Shown here piece by piece: positions 25,366 to 34,522 of a stretch of 64,000 nt of DNA (within the stretch, counting starts at the first letter, position 1; each line of letters starts with the position of its first letter). The stretch is from the NCBI GenBank assembly GCA_963770895.1, contig CAVYRF010000002.1, positions 1 through 64,000 on the forward strand, given 5' to 3'. Below the pieces are notes generated by a model. It had not been told where the DNA came from, ran no database searches, and saw only the letters and a program-made list of their open reading frames with translations. The position numbers and the translations under genes were made by a program. The DNA comes from an uncultured Acidobacteriota bacterium (GTDB lineage: Bacteria > Acidobacteriota > Thermoanaerobaculia > Multivoradales > UBA5704).

Positions 25366-27015
25366 CTATCGCAGGTAACCCAGGTCGCGCAGGCTCTTCG
25401 CCAATCCGGGATCGAGCGCATCCGAACCGGCCGCGGCGCCGCCGCGCGGATGGAAGGCGAGCAGCTGGCGCAGCAGCTCGCGGGTGAGCCGCGGCTGCCC
25501 GGCGGACAGGTCGGACCGCTGGGCCGGATCGCGGGCCACGTCGTACAGCTCGGTGCGCGTCAGGCGCACGCCGCTGACCCCGAAGGCGAAGCAGCGCGTC
25601 TCCCGCGGCGCATCGTCGTCCGGTTCATCGCAGTGCTCCGCCTCCATGACGATCCGCGCCGGCCCCGCGACCGCTAGGCGCACCGGCGCCCACGCCGGCG
25701 TCAGCGCCACCTCGGCCAGCCGCTGCTGCCCCTGGCTCAGCGTCAGCCGCTGCTGTCCCGCAAAGGCGCGGGCGTTGAACGCCAGCGGGCCCTGCGCGTC
25801 GAAGCTCACCCGCCGCGGCAGCCACGAGCCGGCGGGCGGATCGAACAGCAGCAAGCTGTCCAGCCGGCGCCGCTCGCCGCGGTAGACCGCCTGGACGCCG
25901 TCCAGCGCCATCATGTGCGCGGTGCCGGCGCGCGGCGGCGCCGGGCGGCCGACGGCGCGGGCAAAGCTCACGCCGCTGGGCGGCTGGCGCGCCGCGACGT
26001 GGGCCAGCTCGCACAGCGAAGGCGCGATATCGATCAGCTGCACCACGCCGGCATGCCGCACCGCGGTCCGCAGGTCGGGGTGCACCACCAGGAGCGGCAC
26101 GTGCAGCGACTCGCGATAGAGCTGCGTATGGTTGAAATTGCCGTGCTCCAGGAACTCCTCGCCGTGATCGGAAGTGAGGATCACCGTGACGTCGCCGGCA
26201 AGGCCCAAGCGGTCGAGCTCCGCGAAGAAGCCGCGCAGCACGTCGTCGGTCTGCCGGATGCCGGCGTCGTACAGCGCCCGCAGCCAATCGACCACCACGG
26301 GTGGCGGCCGCCCGGCGCTCATCGTCTGCCGCGCCAGCTCCCGTCCAGTGGGCGGAAAGGCCACGTCCGGCTGATCGCCCGGCCAGAAGATGCTCTGGTA
26401 TTCGGGCGGCGCATCGTAGGGGGTGTGCACGGCATAGGTGTGCAGAAACAGGAAGAAGCGGTCGCTGGGCCGCAACCCGCGCAGGAATTCCGCGCCGCGG
26501 CGGAAGGTGCTTTCGACCTGGCGGTTGCCGTGGCGGTCGCGCGCCACGAAAGTGTCGAAGCCGCGGCGAAAGCCGTAGCGGCCGCTGACGTAGCCGCCCT
26601 CGGTAAAGCCGGCGGTGACAAAACCGTGGCGGTGGAAGGTTTCGGGCAAGGTCTCGATGGCCGGCGACAACACCGCGTTGGGCGGCAGCACGCCGTGCTC
26701 GCGCGGGTAGAGCCCGGTGAAAATCGACATGTGCGAGACCAGGGTGCTGGGAAACTGCGAGTACGCCTCCTCGAACAGCGTCGCCCGCCGCGCCAGCGAA
26801 TCCAGGAAGGGGCTGGTCGGCCGGGCATAGCCGTAGCAGCCCAGGTGATCGGCGCGCAGCGTGTCGATCGAGATCAGGATGTAGCCGCGGGTCTGGCGCG
26901 GCAGCGGACCCGCCGCCGCCGGCCCGCGCGGCGCCGCCGCCCGGCCGCAAGCCGCCAGCACGACCACCGCAGCCAACGCCGCGGCCACCGCCGGCCCGCC
27001 GCCTGCGCCCTTCAT
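25366..27015 (-). CDS. Sulfatase-like (alkaline phosphatase superfamily) lipoprotein
   Basis: Lipobox LAAC; ILISIDTLRADHLG, TLVSHMSIFTG, TSDHGEEF, ELYD. Confidence 0.85.
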   Translation of the reverse strand: MKGAGGGPAVAAALAAVVVLAACGRAAAPRGPAAAGPLPRQTRGYILISIDTLRADHLGCYGYARPTSPFLDSLARRATLFEEAYSQFPSTLVSHMSIFTGLYPREHGVLPPNAVLSPAIETLPETFHRHGFVTAGFTEGGYVSGRYGFRRGFDTFVARDRHGNRQVESTFRRGAEFLRGLRPSDRFFLFLHTYAVHTPYDAPPEYQSIFWPGDQPDVAFPPTGRELARQTMSAGRPPPVVVDWLRALYDAGIRQTDDVLRGFFAELDRLGLAGDVTVILTSDHGEEFLEHGNFNHTQLYRESLHVPLLVVHPDLRTAVRHAGVVQLIDIAPSLCELAHVAARQPPSGVSFARAVGRPAPPRAGTAHMMALDGVQAVYRGERRRLDSLLLFDPPAGSWLPRRVSFDAQGPLAFNARAFAGQQRLTLSQGQQRLAEVALTPAWAPVRLAVAGPARIVMEAEHCDEPDDDAPRETRCFAFGVSGVRLTRTELYDVARDPAQRSDLSAGQPRLTRELLRQLLAFHPRGGAAAGSDALDPGLAKSLRDLGYLR

Positions 27016-27142
27016 CGGCGCCCGTGGTCCTGGATGTCGCGCATCGGGAAGCAAGGATACCCCACCACCGGACGGCGCCCTCCTGCCGGCGCCTTCCGCT
27101 ACAATGACGCCGCCGCGAAGCGCAGAGCGTTACCAGCCCATC

Positions 27143-28135
27143 ATGATCGATCCTCACGCCGACCGGGCGCCGCTTTACGTTGTCGTCGTGGGCAGCTGCA
27201 TCGTCGATTTCTCCGTCGAGGTGCAGCGCCTGCCCGCGCCGGGCGAAACGGTGATCGCCGGCGGCCTGGAGCGCCACCTCGGCGGCAAGGGGGCCAACCA
27301 GGCGACCGCCCTCAGCCGCCTGGGCGCCGCCGCGGCCCTGATCGCCTGCGTCGGCGCCGACGACTTCGGCACCGCGTTCCTCGACTTTCTGCGCCGCGAA
27401 GGCGTCGACACGGCCTGCATGACGCGTACTGCGGCGCAGCCGACCGGCATCGCCATGCCCATGATCCTGCCGGGCGGCGCCAACGCCATCGTGGCGGCGC
27501 CCGCCGCCTCGCTGGCGCTGTCGGTGGCCGACGTCACGGCGGCGGCGGCGGCGCAGCGGTTCGAGCGCGCCGCGGCGCTGCTGCTCTCCCTGGAGGTGCC
27601 GGCGGAGACCGCCGCGGCCGCCATGGCGGCGGCCCGCCGCGCGGGGTGCCCGGTGTTCCTCAACCCAGCCCCCTGGGTGGCGGGCACGGCGCAGCTGGCC
27701 GCGGCGGCCGACGTGTTGATTCCCAACCAGGTCGAAGCCGCGGCCCTGGCGGGCCAGGCGATCGCGACGCCCGACGATGCCCTGCGCGTGGCGGACCGCC
27801 TGCGCGACCTGGGGCCGCCGGCGGTGATCATCACCCTGGGCGACGCCGGCGCGGCGATCAGCGCTCCCGACTGCCGCCGCGTCGTGGCGGCGCTGCCGAT
27901 CGCCGCCGTGGATTCGACCGGCGCCGGCGACGCCTTCTGCGCCGGCCTTGTCGCCGCGCGCTGCCGCGGCGCCGGCTGGACCGAAGCGGTGGCGGCCGCC
28001 TGCGCCTGCGGCGCCCTGGCCTGCCGCGGCAAGGGCGCCACTGCCTGGCTGCCGACCACCGCCGAAGTGAGCCGCCTGCTGGCCGGCGCCGGAGCCGGAG
28101 CCGCGGACGTCCGCCGGACGTCAGGCCGGACCTGA
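27143..28135 (+). CDS. rbsK: Ribokinase (PfkB family)
   Basis: GGKGANQA, LNPAP, PNQVEA, ITLGDAGA, DSTGAGDAF; alternative start 27104. Confidence 0.88.
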   Translation: MIDPHADRAPLYVVVVGSCIVDFSVEVQRLPAPGETVIAGGLERHLGGKGANQATALSRLGAAAALIACVGADDFGTAFLDFLRREGVDTACMTRTAAQPTGIAMPMILPGGANAIVAAPAASLALSVADVTAAAAAQRFERAAALLLSLEVPAETAAAAMAAARRAGCPVFLNPAPWVAGTAQLAAAADVLIPNQVEAAALAGQAIATPDDALRVADRLRDLGPPAVIITLGDAGAAISAPDCRRVVAALPIAAVDSTGAGDAFCAGLVAARCRGAGWTEAVAAACACGALACRGKGATAWLPTTAEVSRLLAGAGAGAADVRRTSGRT

Positions 28136-28216
28136 ACCCGATCGCACCGTTCATCCAGCGGGCCGGCGCCGCACGTACACCTACGAATCCGGCAAGAGCA
28201 AGGAGACCGCACGCTT

Positions 28217-29155
28217 ATGGCAGGAGCAGTGGACGCCAACGTCGTTCCCGGCATTCCCATGGACCGCCCCATGGACCGCCGCAACCTGCTGCGCGGCGCC
28301 GCCCTGTTCGGCCTGGCCAGCCTGGGTGCGGCCACCACCGCCTGCGCCAGCTCCCAGGCAAAACCGGCGCCGCCCCAAGGCGACGCGGCGCCACAGGACG
28401 CGCCGCAACCGGTGGCGGCGGCGGCCGACACGGTGCAGCAGATCTTCACCGCCGCGCTGATCGCCGAGGATCTGGCGACCACCTTCTACTACCACGGCCT
28501 GGTCGGCCGGGTGATCCAGGACCACAGCCTGGCCGGCCCCGAAGGGGATGCCACCACGGTCTTTGCCGGCTCCGACGGCAACGTCGGCTACCTGCGCGCC
28601 GCGCTGGCCGCGGAGATCGCTCACGCCGACCTGATGCGCAGCCTGATCGGCCAGACCGAGGCCGGCGCCGACCCGATCCAGGCGTTCTATTTTCCGGTGC
28701 GCACGTTTGACGACGTCGGCACCTTCCTGTCGATTCTCGACGGGCTCGAAAATGCCTTCATCGGCGCCTACCTGGCCGCGGTGGGAGAGTTCGCGCGCAT
28801 GGCGGCCAGCCTGGGACCGGAAGCCGGCCGCCAGCTCGACAGCGCCGGCAAGCCCTACACGCGCCAGCAGCTCAGCTTCTTCGCCGAGGTCGCGGCCTCG
28901 ATATTGGGCGTCGAGTCCGAGCATCGCGCCCTGGGCCGGGTCATCGGCCACCTGATACCGGCAAACAACGTCTGCTATCAGCAGAGGAGCGGCGTGCACA
29001 GCGTCTTTACCGGCGCCAGGTCCGCGGTCGCGGCGCTGCAGCACTTCGTGCAGCCCGGCGGCGAGGGCTTTTCCTCCACACCCTATTCGTTGCTGGCGGC
29101 GCGGCGCGGCGCCGGCGCCGTGACGCTGCCCTGCGGCGGCGGCCTGCCGGCCTGA
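28217..29155 (+). CDS. Tat-exported ferritin-like domain protein
   Basis: DRRNLLRG twin-arginine; AEDLATTFY, EIAH, LENAFIGAY, ILGVESEH di-iron motifs. Confidence 0.8.
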   Translation: MAGAVDANVVPGIPMDRPMDRRNLLRGAALFGLASLGAATTACASSQAKPAPPQGDAAPQDAPQPVAAAADTVQQIFTAALIAEDLATTFYYHGLVGRVIQDHSLAGPEGDATTVFAGSDGNVGYLRAALAAEIAHADLMRSLIGQTEAGADPIQAFYFPVRTFDDVGTFLSILDGLENAFIGAYLAAVGEFARMAASLGPEAGRQLDSAGKPYTRQQLSFFAEVAASILGVESEHRALGRVIGHLIPANNVCYQQRSGVHSVFTGARSAVAALQHFVQPGGEGFSSTPYSLLAARRGAGAVTLPCGGGLPA

Positions 29156-29210
29156 GCAGGCCGCGAAATGCCGTCCACAGCCCCGCAAACCAGCCAGGGG
29201 TTGACGGTTA

Positions 29211-29219
29211 TGCTACAAT
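29211..29219 (+). promoter_or_regulatory. Extended -10 promoter element
   Basis: TG-c-TACAAT about 45 bp upstream of the 29265 start. Confidence 0.5.
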
Positions 29220-29264
29220 CGCAACAGGTTTTCCGGCAAATCGTATCGCAAAGGAGCTTTACGC

Positions 29265-30572
29265 ATGAAGAGATCCTCCCTGTACCTCCTCGCCCTGAGT
29301 GTCCTGTTCGCCGGCGCGGCAAGGGCACAGACCACCTACTACGTGCTTGTGCCGTCGATCACGCCAGGCGTAACCGAGACCAAGGTGGAGATGCTGAGAA
29401 GCGACCTCACGCTCACCAACGTGCAGGCGACCTATGTCGCCGACGGCAAGTCGGGGCTGGATGCAACACCCTCGGCGATGAAGGTGTACATCGGGCCGTC
29501 GACCTCAAAGCCCAACCCGCTGCTCGACCTGACGCCGATCCTGCCGACCGGCGGCATGGTCATCCTGGAGCCGGTGCCGGGCCTGCAGGCGATCGAGGTT
29601 TCCTTCGAGGTCGACGAAAACCCCATCCGCACCGCGTGGAAGCTCCCGCTGCTCACCGCCGATCAGTTCTTCGCCGCCGGCACCACGGTCTACGTGCAGA
29701 ACCTGGTCAAGGCCAGCGACGCCGCCAGCACCTTGCAGATCTTCAATCCCAGCAACCTGGCCAGCACTTGCACCACCGAGGTCCTGCGCCCCAAGGGCAC
29801 GGTCATCGAAGAGCGGCAAAACATCACGGTGCCGGCCCAGGGCGCGACGGCCATCAACGACATCCTGCGCAAGGTGACCGCGGTGCCGTCCGCCGGGATC
29901 AACGTGGCGGTCACCTGCGACGCGCCGTTCTATGCGCTGGGCTCCTACGCGGCCACCAACCGCTGGAACACCCAGGTGGAATATCCGGTTGCGAAGCTGC
30001 CCACCAACCTGACCCCTGTGGTGCTGGAAAACCGGCCGGGCCTGTTCCTGAACGCGACGCAGTCCAACGCCAACCTGATCCTGCCGCTGTCGATCGACCC
30101 CACCATCACCTATCACACGATGACCATCAACTTCGATGCGGTGGTGGCTGAGCCGCCGGCCTTCCTGGTGTTCTGGAACATCGCCGGCCTGTTCCGCCAC
30201 GGCGGGCGGCGCTTCGACAAGACGCTGTTCTTCGGGAACTTCTACAACTACGACAAGGAGAAGTACGTCGCGGACGTGGGCACTCCCTATATCGAAACCA
30301 CACTCAAGCGCGTCTTCCCGCTGAGCCCCACCCACCGCTACCACTGGTCCATCACCCTCAACAACGACCAGCAGTCCAATCACTACGTGATCAGCGACTC
30401 GAACGGCAACGCCCTGATGGACCTGCTGGTCGGTCTGTACAATCCGATCGCCAGCGACGCCGCCGGCGACCTGCCGCAGCTGCAGATCGGCCTGCAGGGA
30501 ATCGCCGACCACGCCTACTTCCCGCCGGCGGGATGGCGCTTCTCCAACCTCAACGTCACCATCACCAAGTAG
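29265..30572 (+). CDS. Secreted hypothetical protein (435 aa, beta-rich)
   Basis: AAGGAG SD, signal peptide ending ARA, strong host codon usage. Confidence 0.85.
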   Translation: MKRSSLYLLALSVLFAGAARAQTTYYVLVPSITPGVTETKVEMLRSDLTLTNVQATYVADGKSGLDATPSAMKVYIGPSTSKPNPLLDLTPILPTGGMVILEPVPGLQAIEVSFEVDENPIRTAWKLPLLTADQFFAAGTTVYVQNLVKASDAASTLQIFNPSNLASTCTTEVLRPKGTVIEERQNITVPAQGATAINDILRKVTAVPSAGINVAVTCDAPFYALGSYAATNRWNTQVEYPVAKLPTNLTPVVLENRPGLFLNATQSNANLILPLSIDPTITYHTMTINFDAVVAEPPAFLVFWNIAGLFRHGGRRFDKTLFFGNFYNYDKEKYVADVGTPYIETTLKRVFPLSPTHRYHWSITLNNDQQSNHYVISDSNGNALMDLLVGLYNPIASDAAGDLPQLQIGLQGIADHAYFPPAGWRFSNLNVTITK

Positions 30573-30597
30573 CGCCCCGACGGGGCCGTAGCGCCTG

Positions 30598-31986
30598 CTA
30601 CGGCCCCGTCTGTCCACCAGCCGGGACCACCGGCGCCGCCGGTGCCGCCGGCACCCCGCCACGCCGCACCACCACGCCGTCTTTCATCACGAAGACCACG
30701 CGCGACATGGCGCCGATGTCGGCCAGCGGGTCGCCCGCGACCGCCACCAGGTCGGCCAGCTTGCCGGGCTCGATCGCGCCCAGCCGGTCGGCGAACCCCA
30801 GCAGCTCCGCCGCGTTGATGGTCGCGGCCTGCACGGCCGCGAGCGGCGACAGGCCGCCGCGCACCAGCGACACGAACTCGTGGTCGACCAGGTTGGGATC
30901 GTCGTCCAGCCCGAACGCGATGTGCAGGTGGTGGGCGCGCGCCCGATCGAACGCCGGCTGTTGGAAGCCCAGGATCTCCTTGCCCTTTTCCAGCATCGCC
31001 GGCTCCTGCCCCGCCGCCAGCCCCATTTCGACGCCGTGCTGGAAGGTGTAGAGGGTCGGCACCAGCCACGTCCCCTGCCGCTCCATCAGCGCCGCGCCCT
31101 CTTCGTCGAGCATGGTGCCGTGCTCGATCGAATCGACCCCGGCGCGCACCGCCGCCTTGATCCCCTCCGTCCCCTCGGCGTGCGCCATCACCTTGCGATG
31201 GGCGCGATGCGCCACTTCCACGGCGCGCCGCATCTGCTCTTCGGAAAGCTCCTGCACGCGGAAGTCCGACAGCGGGTCCTCGACCCCGCCGGTGGCCATC
31301 AGCTTGATCCAATCGGCGCCAAACTTGAGGTCGCGGCGCGCCGCCCGCGCCACCTCGTCCACCGTGTCGGCGATGTTGGGGTCGCGCGGCAGAGAGCGGT
31401 CGGGAGCCAGCACGTCGCTGTCGCCATGGCCGCCGTTGACCGACAGGAACATCCCCGCCGACACGATGCGCGGCCCGCGGATGCGCCCCGCCGCGACGGC
31501 TTCCTTGAGCGCCAGCTGCGGGTAGCCGGGATTGCCCTCGCCGGCGTCGCGGACCAGCGTGAAGCCGTGCTGCAGGTAGATTTCGGCGTTGACCACGCCG
31601 TACAGCGCCGCCTGCGCCGCCGACGTCCGCAGGTCCGAGCTGCCCGACAGGTCCTGCCAGTTCGAGGTGATATGGACGTGGCAATCGATCAGGCCGGGCA
31701 GCAGCGTCGCATCGCCCAGATCGATCACCGGCACGCCGCGCGGCGCCTCCTGCGCCACCGCGGCGATCCGCCCGTTTTCGATCACCACCACCGCGCCCGC
31801 CGTCATCTTCCCCGTTCGCACGTCCAGCAGCCGCCCGGCGCGCACCGCCAGACGCACCACCGGCGCCGGCGTTGCGGCCGCTGCCGCCGTACCGCCCGAG
31901 TCCGCCGCCGCCGCCGGCCGCGCCGCCAACGACGCGACCATCAAGCCGACGACCATCGCCAAGCCCATCAGAGATCTAGTTTGCAC
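30598..31986 (-). CDS. Secreted metal-dependent amidohydrolase (Xaa-Pro dipeptidase-like)
   Basis: PGLIDCHVH, WIKLMATGGV, MAHAEG, SIEHG, GKLADLV; GTG with GGAGGGG SD. Confidence 0.9.
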   Translation of the reverse strand: MQTRSLMGLAMVVGLMVASLAARPAAAADSGGTAAAAATPAPVVRLAVRAGRLLDVRTGKMTAGAVVVIENGRIAAVAQEAPRGVPVIDLGDATLLPGLIDCHVHITSNWQDLSGSSDLRTSAAQAALYGVVNAEIYLQHGFTLVRDAGEGNPGYPQLALKEAVAAGRIRGPRIVSAGMFLSVNGGHGDSDVLAPDRSLPRDPNIADTVDEVARAARRDLKFGADWIKLMATGGVEDPLSDFRVQELSEEQMRRAVEVAHRAHRKVMAHAEGTEGIKAAVRAGVDSIEHGTMLDEEGAALMERQGTWLVPTLYTFQHGVEMGLAAGQEPAMLEKGKEILGFQQPAFDRARAHHLHIAFGLDDDPNLVDHEFVSLVRGGLSPLAAVQAATINAAELLGFADRLGAIEPGKLADLVAVAGDPLADIGAMSRVVFVMKDGVVVRRGGVPAAPAAPVVPAGGQTGP

Positions 31987-32086
31987 GGTGCCCCTCCGCG
32001 TAGATCCGCGGAGTCTACCCGCAAACGTGCCGCTCGGCCGGTGGCCGCCGGGAGGACCCGGCGACGACCGGCGAGGGTTCAAGCGG

Positions 32087-32686
32087 TCAGTGCGCCTGCT
32101 GCAGCTTGGCCAGGGCGGCCAGCACTTCGTCGCTGTGCACGCCAGGATTCACCTTGACGAAAACCTGCGCGATCTTGCCCGAGGGGTCGACTAGGAAGGT
32201 GTTGCGCGCCGACAGCTTGGCGCCCTTGTACTCCATGACCGACCCGTAGCGCGTCGAAACCTGCGCGTCGGTGTCGGACAGGAGCTTGAAGCTCAGCCCT
32301 TCCTTGGCGCAGAAGCTCTTGTGCGACGCCGTGTCGTCGACGCTGACGCCCAGGATCACGACGCCGCCCTGCTCGTACTTCGCCATGTCGCGCTGGAAGT
32401 TGTGCGCCTCCATGGTGCAGCCGCTGGTGAAATCCTTGGGGTAGAAATAGAGCACCACCCACTTGCCACGGAAGTCCTTCAGGCTGGTCGTGTTGCCCTC
32501 GCTGCTGGTCAGGGTGAAATCCGGCGCCATCGAGCCGGCTCCTGGAATCGGCAGCGCCATCGTCACCGGCGCCGCGGAGCTGGCCGCCGGCGTATCCGAC
32601 GACGCGGCGACAGGTGCCACAAGCGCCAGCGCGGCCGCCAGCGACAGGCAAAGAAGAACCGGAACCGAAACGCGGACAGATGTCAT
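32087..32686 (-). CDS. bcp: Peroxiredoxin BCP/PrxQ with signal peptide
   Basis: YFYPKDFTSGCT, GVSVD, HKSFC, RNTFLVD; GGAGG SD. Confidence 0.9.
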   Translation of the reverse strand: MTSVRVSVPVLLCLSLAAALALVAPVAASSDTPAASSAAPVTMALPIPGAGSMAPDFTLTSSEGNTTSLKDFRGKWVVLYFYPKDFTSGCTMEAHNFQRDMAKYEQGGVVILGVSVDDTASHKSFCAKEGLSFKLLSDTDAQVSTRYGSVMEYKGAKLSARNTFLVDPSGKIAQVFVKVNPGVHSDEVLAALAKLQQAH

Positions 32687-32911
32687 CTTCGCAACCTCCG
32701 ATCGGGTCGTATGGGGTGTCGTTTCGCTCGGGCAGTCTAGCAGCTGCAGCAGCCCCAGATCGCCGCGCCCAGCCGTGGCCGCGAGCCCGGCGGGGGCCGC
32801 GCGGGCCAGGTGGGCCAGGTGGCCTAAGTGGGCCACTTCCGGACACACCGTGTCGAAGGTAAGTCCGGCCCGACCGGCAACCGGTTCAAAGCGTCGCGCC
32901 TGCGCCGCGCC

Positions 32912-33439
32912 TCACGCCGGCGGCGCCGCCGCCAGGCGCAGCAGGACGGCCAGGTCCAGGGGCTCGGTGGTCATGGCCACTTCGCCCTGCGCCGAACGCG
33001 GCCACTGCTCGCGCGGGCGGTCCCAATAGAGCTCGATGCCGTTGCCGTCGGGGTCGGCCAGGTAGATCGCTTCGCTCACGCCATGATCGGCGGCACCCTG
33101 CAGGCGGATGCCGGCGTCCAGGACGCGGCGCAAGGCAGTAGCCAGGGCCGCCCGCGAGGGGTAGCGGATCGCCGCGTGGTACAGGCCGGTGTGCCCGGCC
33201 GGCGGCGCCACGCCGCCGCGGCTTTCCCAAGTGTTCAGGCCGATGTGGTGGTGGTAGCCGCCGGCCGACACAAAGGCGGCCTGCGAGCCGTGGCGCGCCA
33301 CCAGCTCGAAGCCCAGAACGCCGCAATAGAACGCCAGGGCGCGGTCCAGGTCGGCCACCTTGAGGTGGACGTGACCGATGTCGACCCCGGCCGGAACGAC
33401 ATACGCCGCGGCGGTTGGTGTCGCGGGAGAGGAGCTCAC
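32912..33439 (-). CDS. VOC/glyoxalase family protein (CatE-like)
   Basis: IGHVHLKVADL, GGYHHHIGLNTW, DHGVSEAIYLADPDGNGIELY. Confidence 0.9.
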   Translation of the reverse strand: MSSSPATPTAAAYVVPAGVDIGHVHLKVADLDRALAFYCGVLGFELVARHGSQAAFVSAGGYHHHIGLNTWESRGGVAPPAGHTGLYHAAIRYPSRAALATALRRVLDAGIRLQGAADHGVSEAIYLADPDGNGIELYWDRPREQWPRSAQGEVAMTTEPLDLAVLLRLAAAPPA

Positions 33440-33500
33440 ACCACGGCAACGCCGCCCGGCAGGCGCCAAATTCCCCACCCTCGGCGCACCGGCGAAGCCG

Positions 33501-33537
33501 ATATAGGACGCGAACCAACCTATATTGAGCGTAGACT
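33501..33537. promoter_or_regulatory. Palindromic operator and -10 element of the WYL regulator
   Basis: ATATAGG-N11-CCTATAT (33501-33525); TAGACT at 33532-33537, 6 bp before ATG. Confidence 0.65.
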
Positions 33538-33543
33538 GGCACC

Positions 33544-34500
33544 ATGTACCGCCCCACCACGCGCGTGCTCACGGTGCTCGAGCTGCTGCAGACCCACGGC
33601 ACGATGAGCGGCGCCGAGCTGGCGCGGCGGCTCGAGGTGGACCGCCGCACGGTGCGCCGCTACATCACCATGCTCGAAGAGCTGGGGGTGCCGATCACCG
33701 CCGAGCGCGGGCGCGACGGCGGCTACATGCTGGTGGCGGGATTCAAGCTGCCGCCGATGATGTTCACCGACGACGAAGCGCTGGCGCTGGCGGTCGGCCT
33801 GCTCGCGGCGCGCGGGCTCGGCCTGGCGGCGGCGGCGCCCGCGATCACCAGCGCGCAGGCAAAGCTGGAGCGGGTGATGCCGGCCAATCTGCGGCGCCGC
33901 GTGCGTGCCATCAGCGAGACGGTGACGCTGGACTTTTCGCGCTCCGCGGCCACGGCGCCCGACGACAACAAGGCGCTGGTCGTGCTGAGCGCCGCCGCCG
34001 AAGGTCAGACCCGCGTCCACCTGCACTATCGCACCGCCAGGGACGAAGAAACGCGGCGCGACTTCGACCCCTACGGCCTGGTCTATCGCCACGGCTGCTG
34101 GTACGTCGCGGGGATGTGCCACCTGCGCGGCGGCATGCGCTCGTTTCGCCTCGATCGCGTGCAGTCGGTCGAGCCGCTCGCCGTGCGCTTCCATCGCCCG
34201 CAGGGTTTCGACGCCCTGGAGCACATCTCGTCTTCGCTCGCCACCCTGCCGCGCGCCTTCACCGCCGAAGTCCTGCTGGCAACCGACCTGCAGACCGCCC
34301 AGCGATCGCTGTCTCCCGTCACCGGAGTGCTGGAGGCGGTCGGCGGCGCGGTGCTGCTGCACAGCCAGCTCGACGAGCTGGAACCGTTTGCCGCCGACCT
34401 GGCGCGCCTGCCCTTCGCCTTTCAGGTCCGCCAGCCGGCGGCCCTGCGCGATGCCGTCGCCGCGCTGGCGCGGCGCCTGCTGGCGCAAGTCGAAGCTTGA
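33544..34500 (+). CDS. HTH-WYL-WCX transcriptional regulator (YafY family)
   Basis: LEVDRRTVRRYI, GRDGGY, LPPMMFTDDEA, DPYGLV..GCWYVAG, RSFRLDRV. Confidence 0.93.
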   Translation: MYRPTTRVLTVLELLQTHGTMSGAELARRLEVDRRTVRRYITMLEELGVPITAERGRDGGYMLVAGFKLPPMMFTDDEALALAVGLLAARGLGLAAAAPAITSAQAKLERVMPANLRRRVRAISETVTLDFSRSAATAPDDNKALVVLSAAAEGQTRVHLHYRTARDEETRRDFDPYGLVYRHGCWYVAGMCHLRGGMRSFRLDRVQSVEPLAVRFHRPQGFDALEHISSSLATLPRAFTAEVLLATDLQTAQRSLSPVTGVLEAVGGAVLLHSQLDELEPFAADLARLPFAFQVRQPAALRDAVAALARRLLAQVEA

Positions 34501-34522
34501 TTCCGGCAGCGGCGCGGCCGGT

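Noticed and set aside
16325-28710. Very long alternative-frame ORFs (925, 685, 1013, 931 aa)
   Set aside because: Shadow ORFs of high-GC genes, Arg/Ala/Pro-rich with no motifs
32803-32838. 9-bp tandem repeats (gggccaggt x2 plus two degenerate copies)
   Set aside because: Short and degenerate; no supportable function
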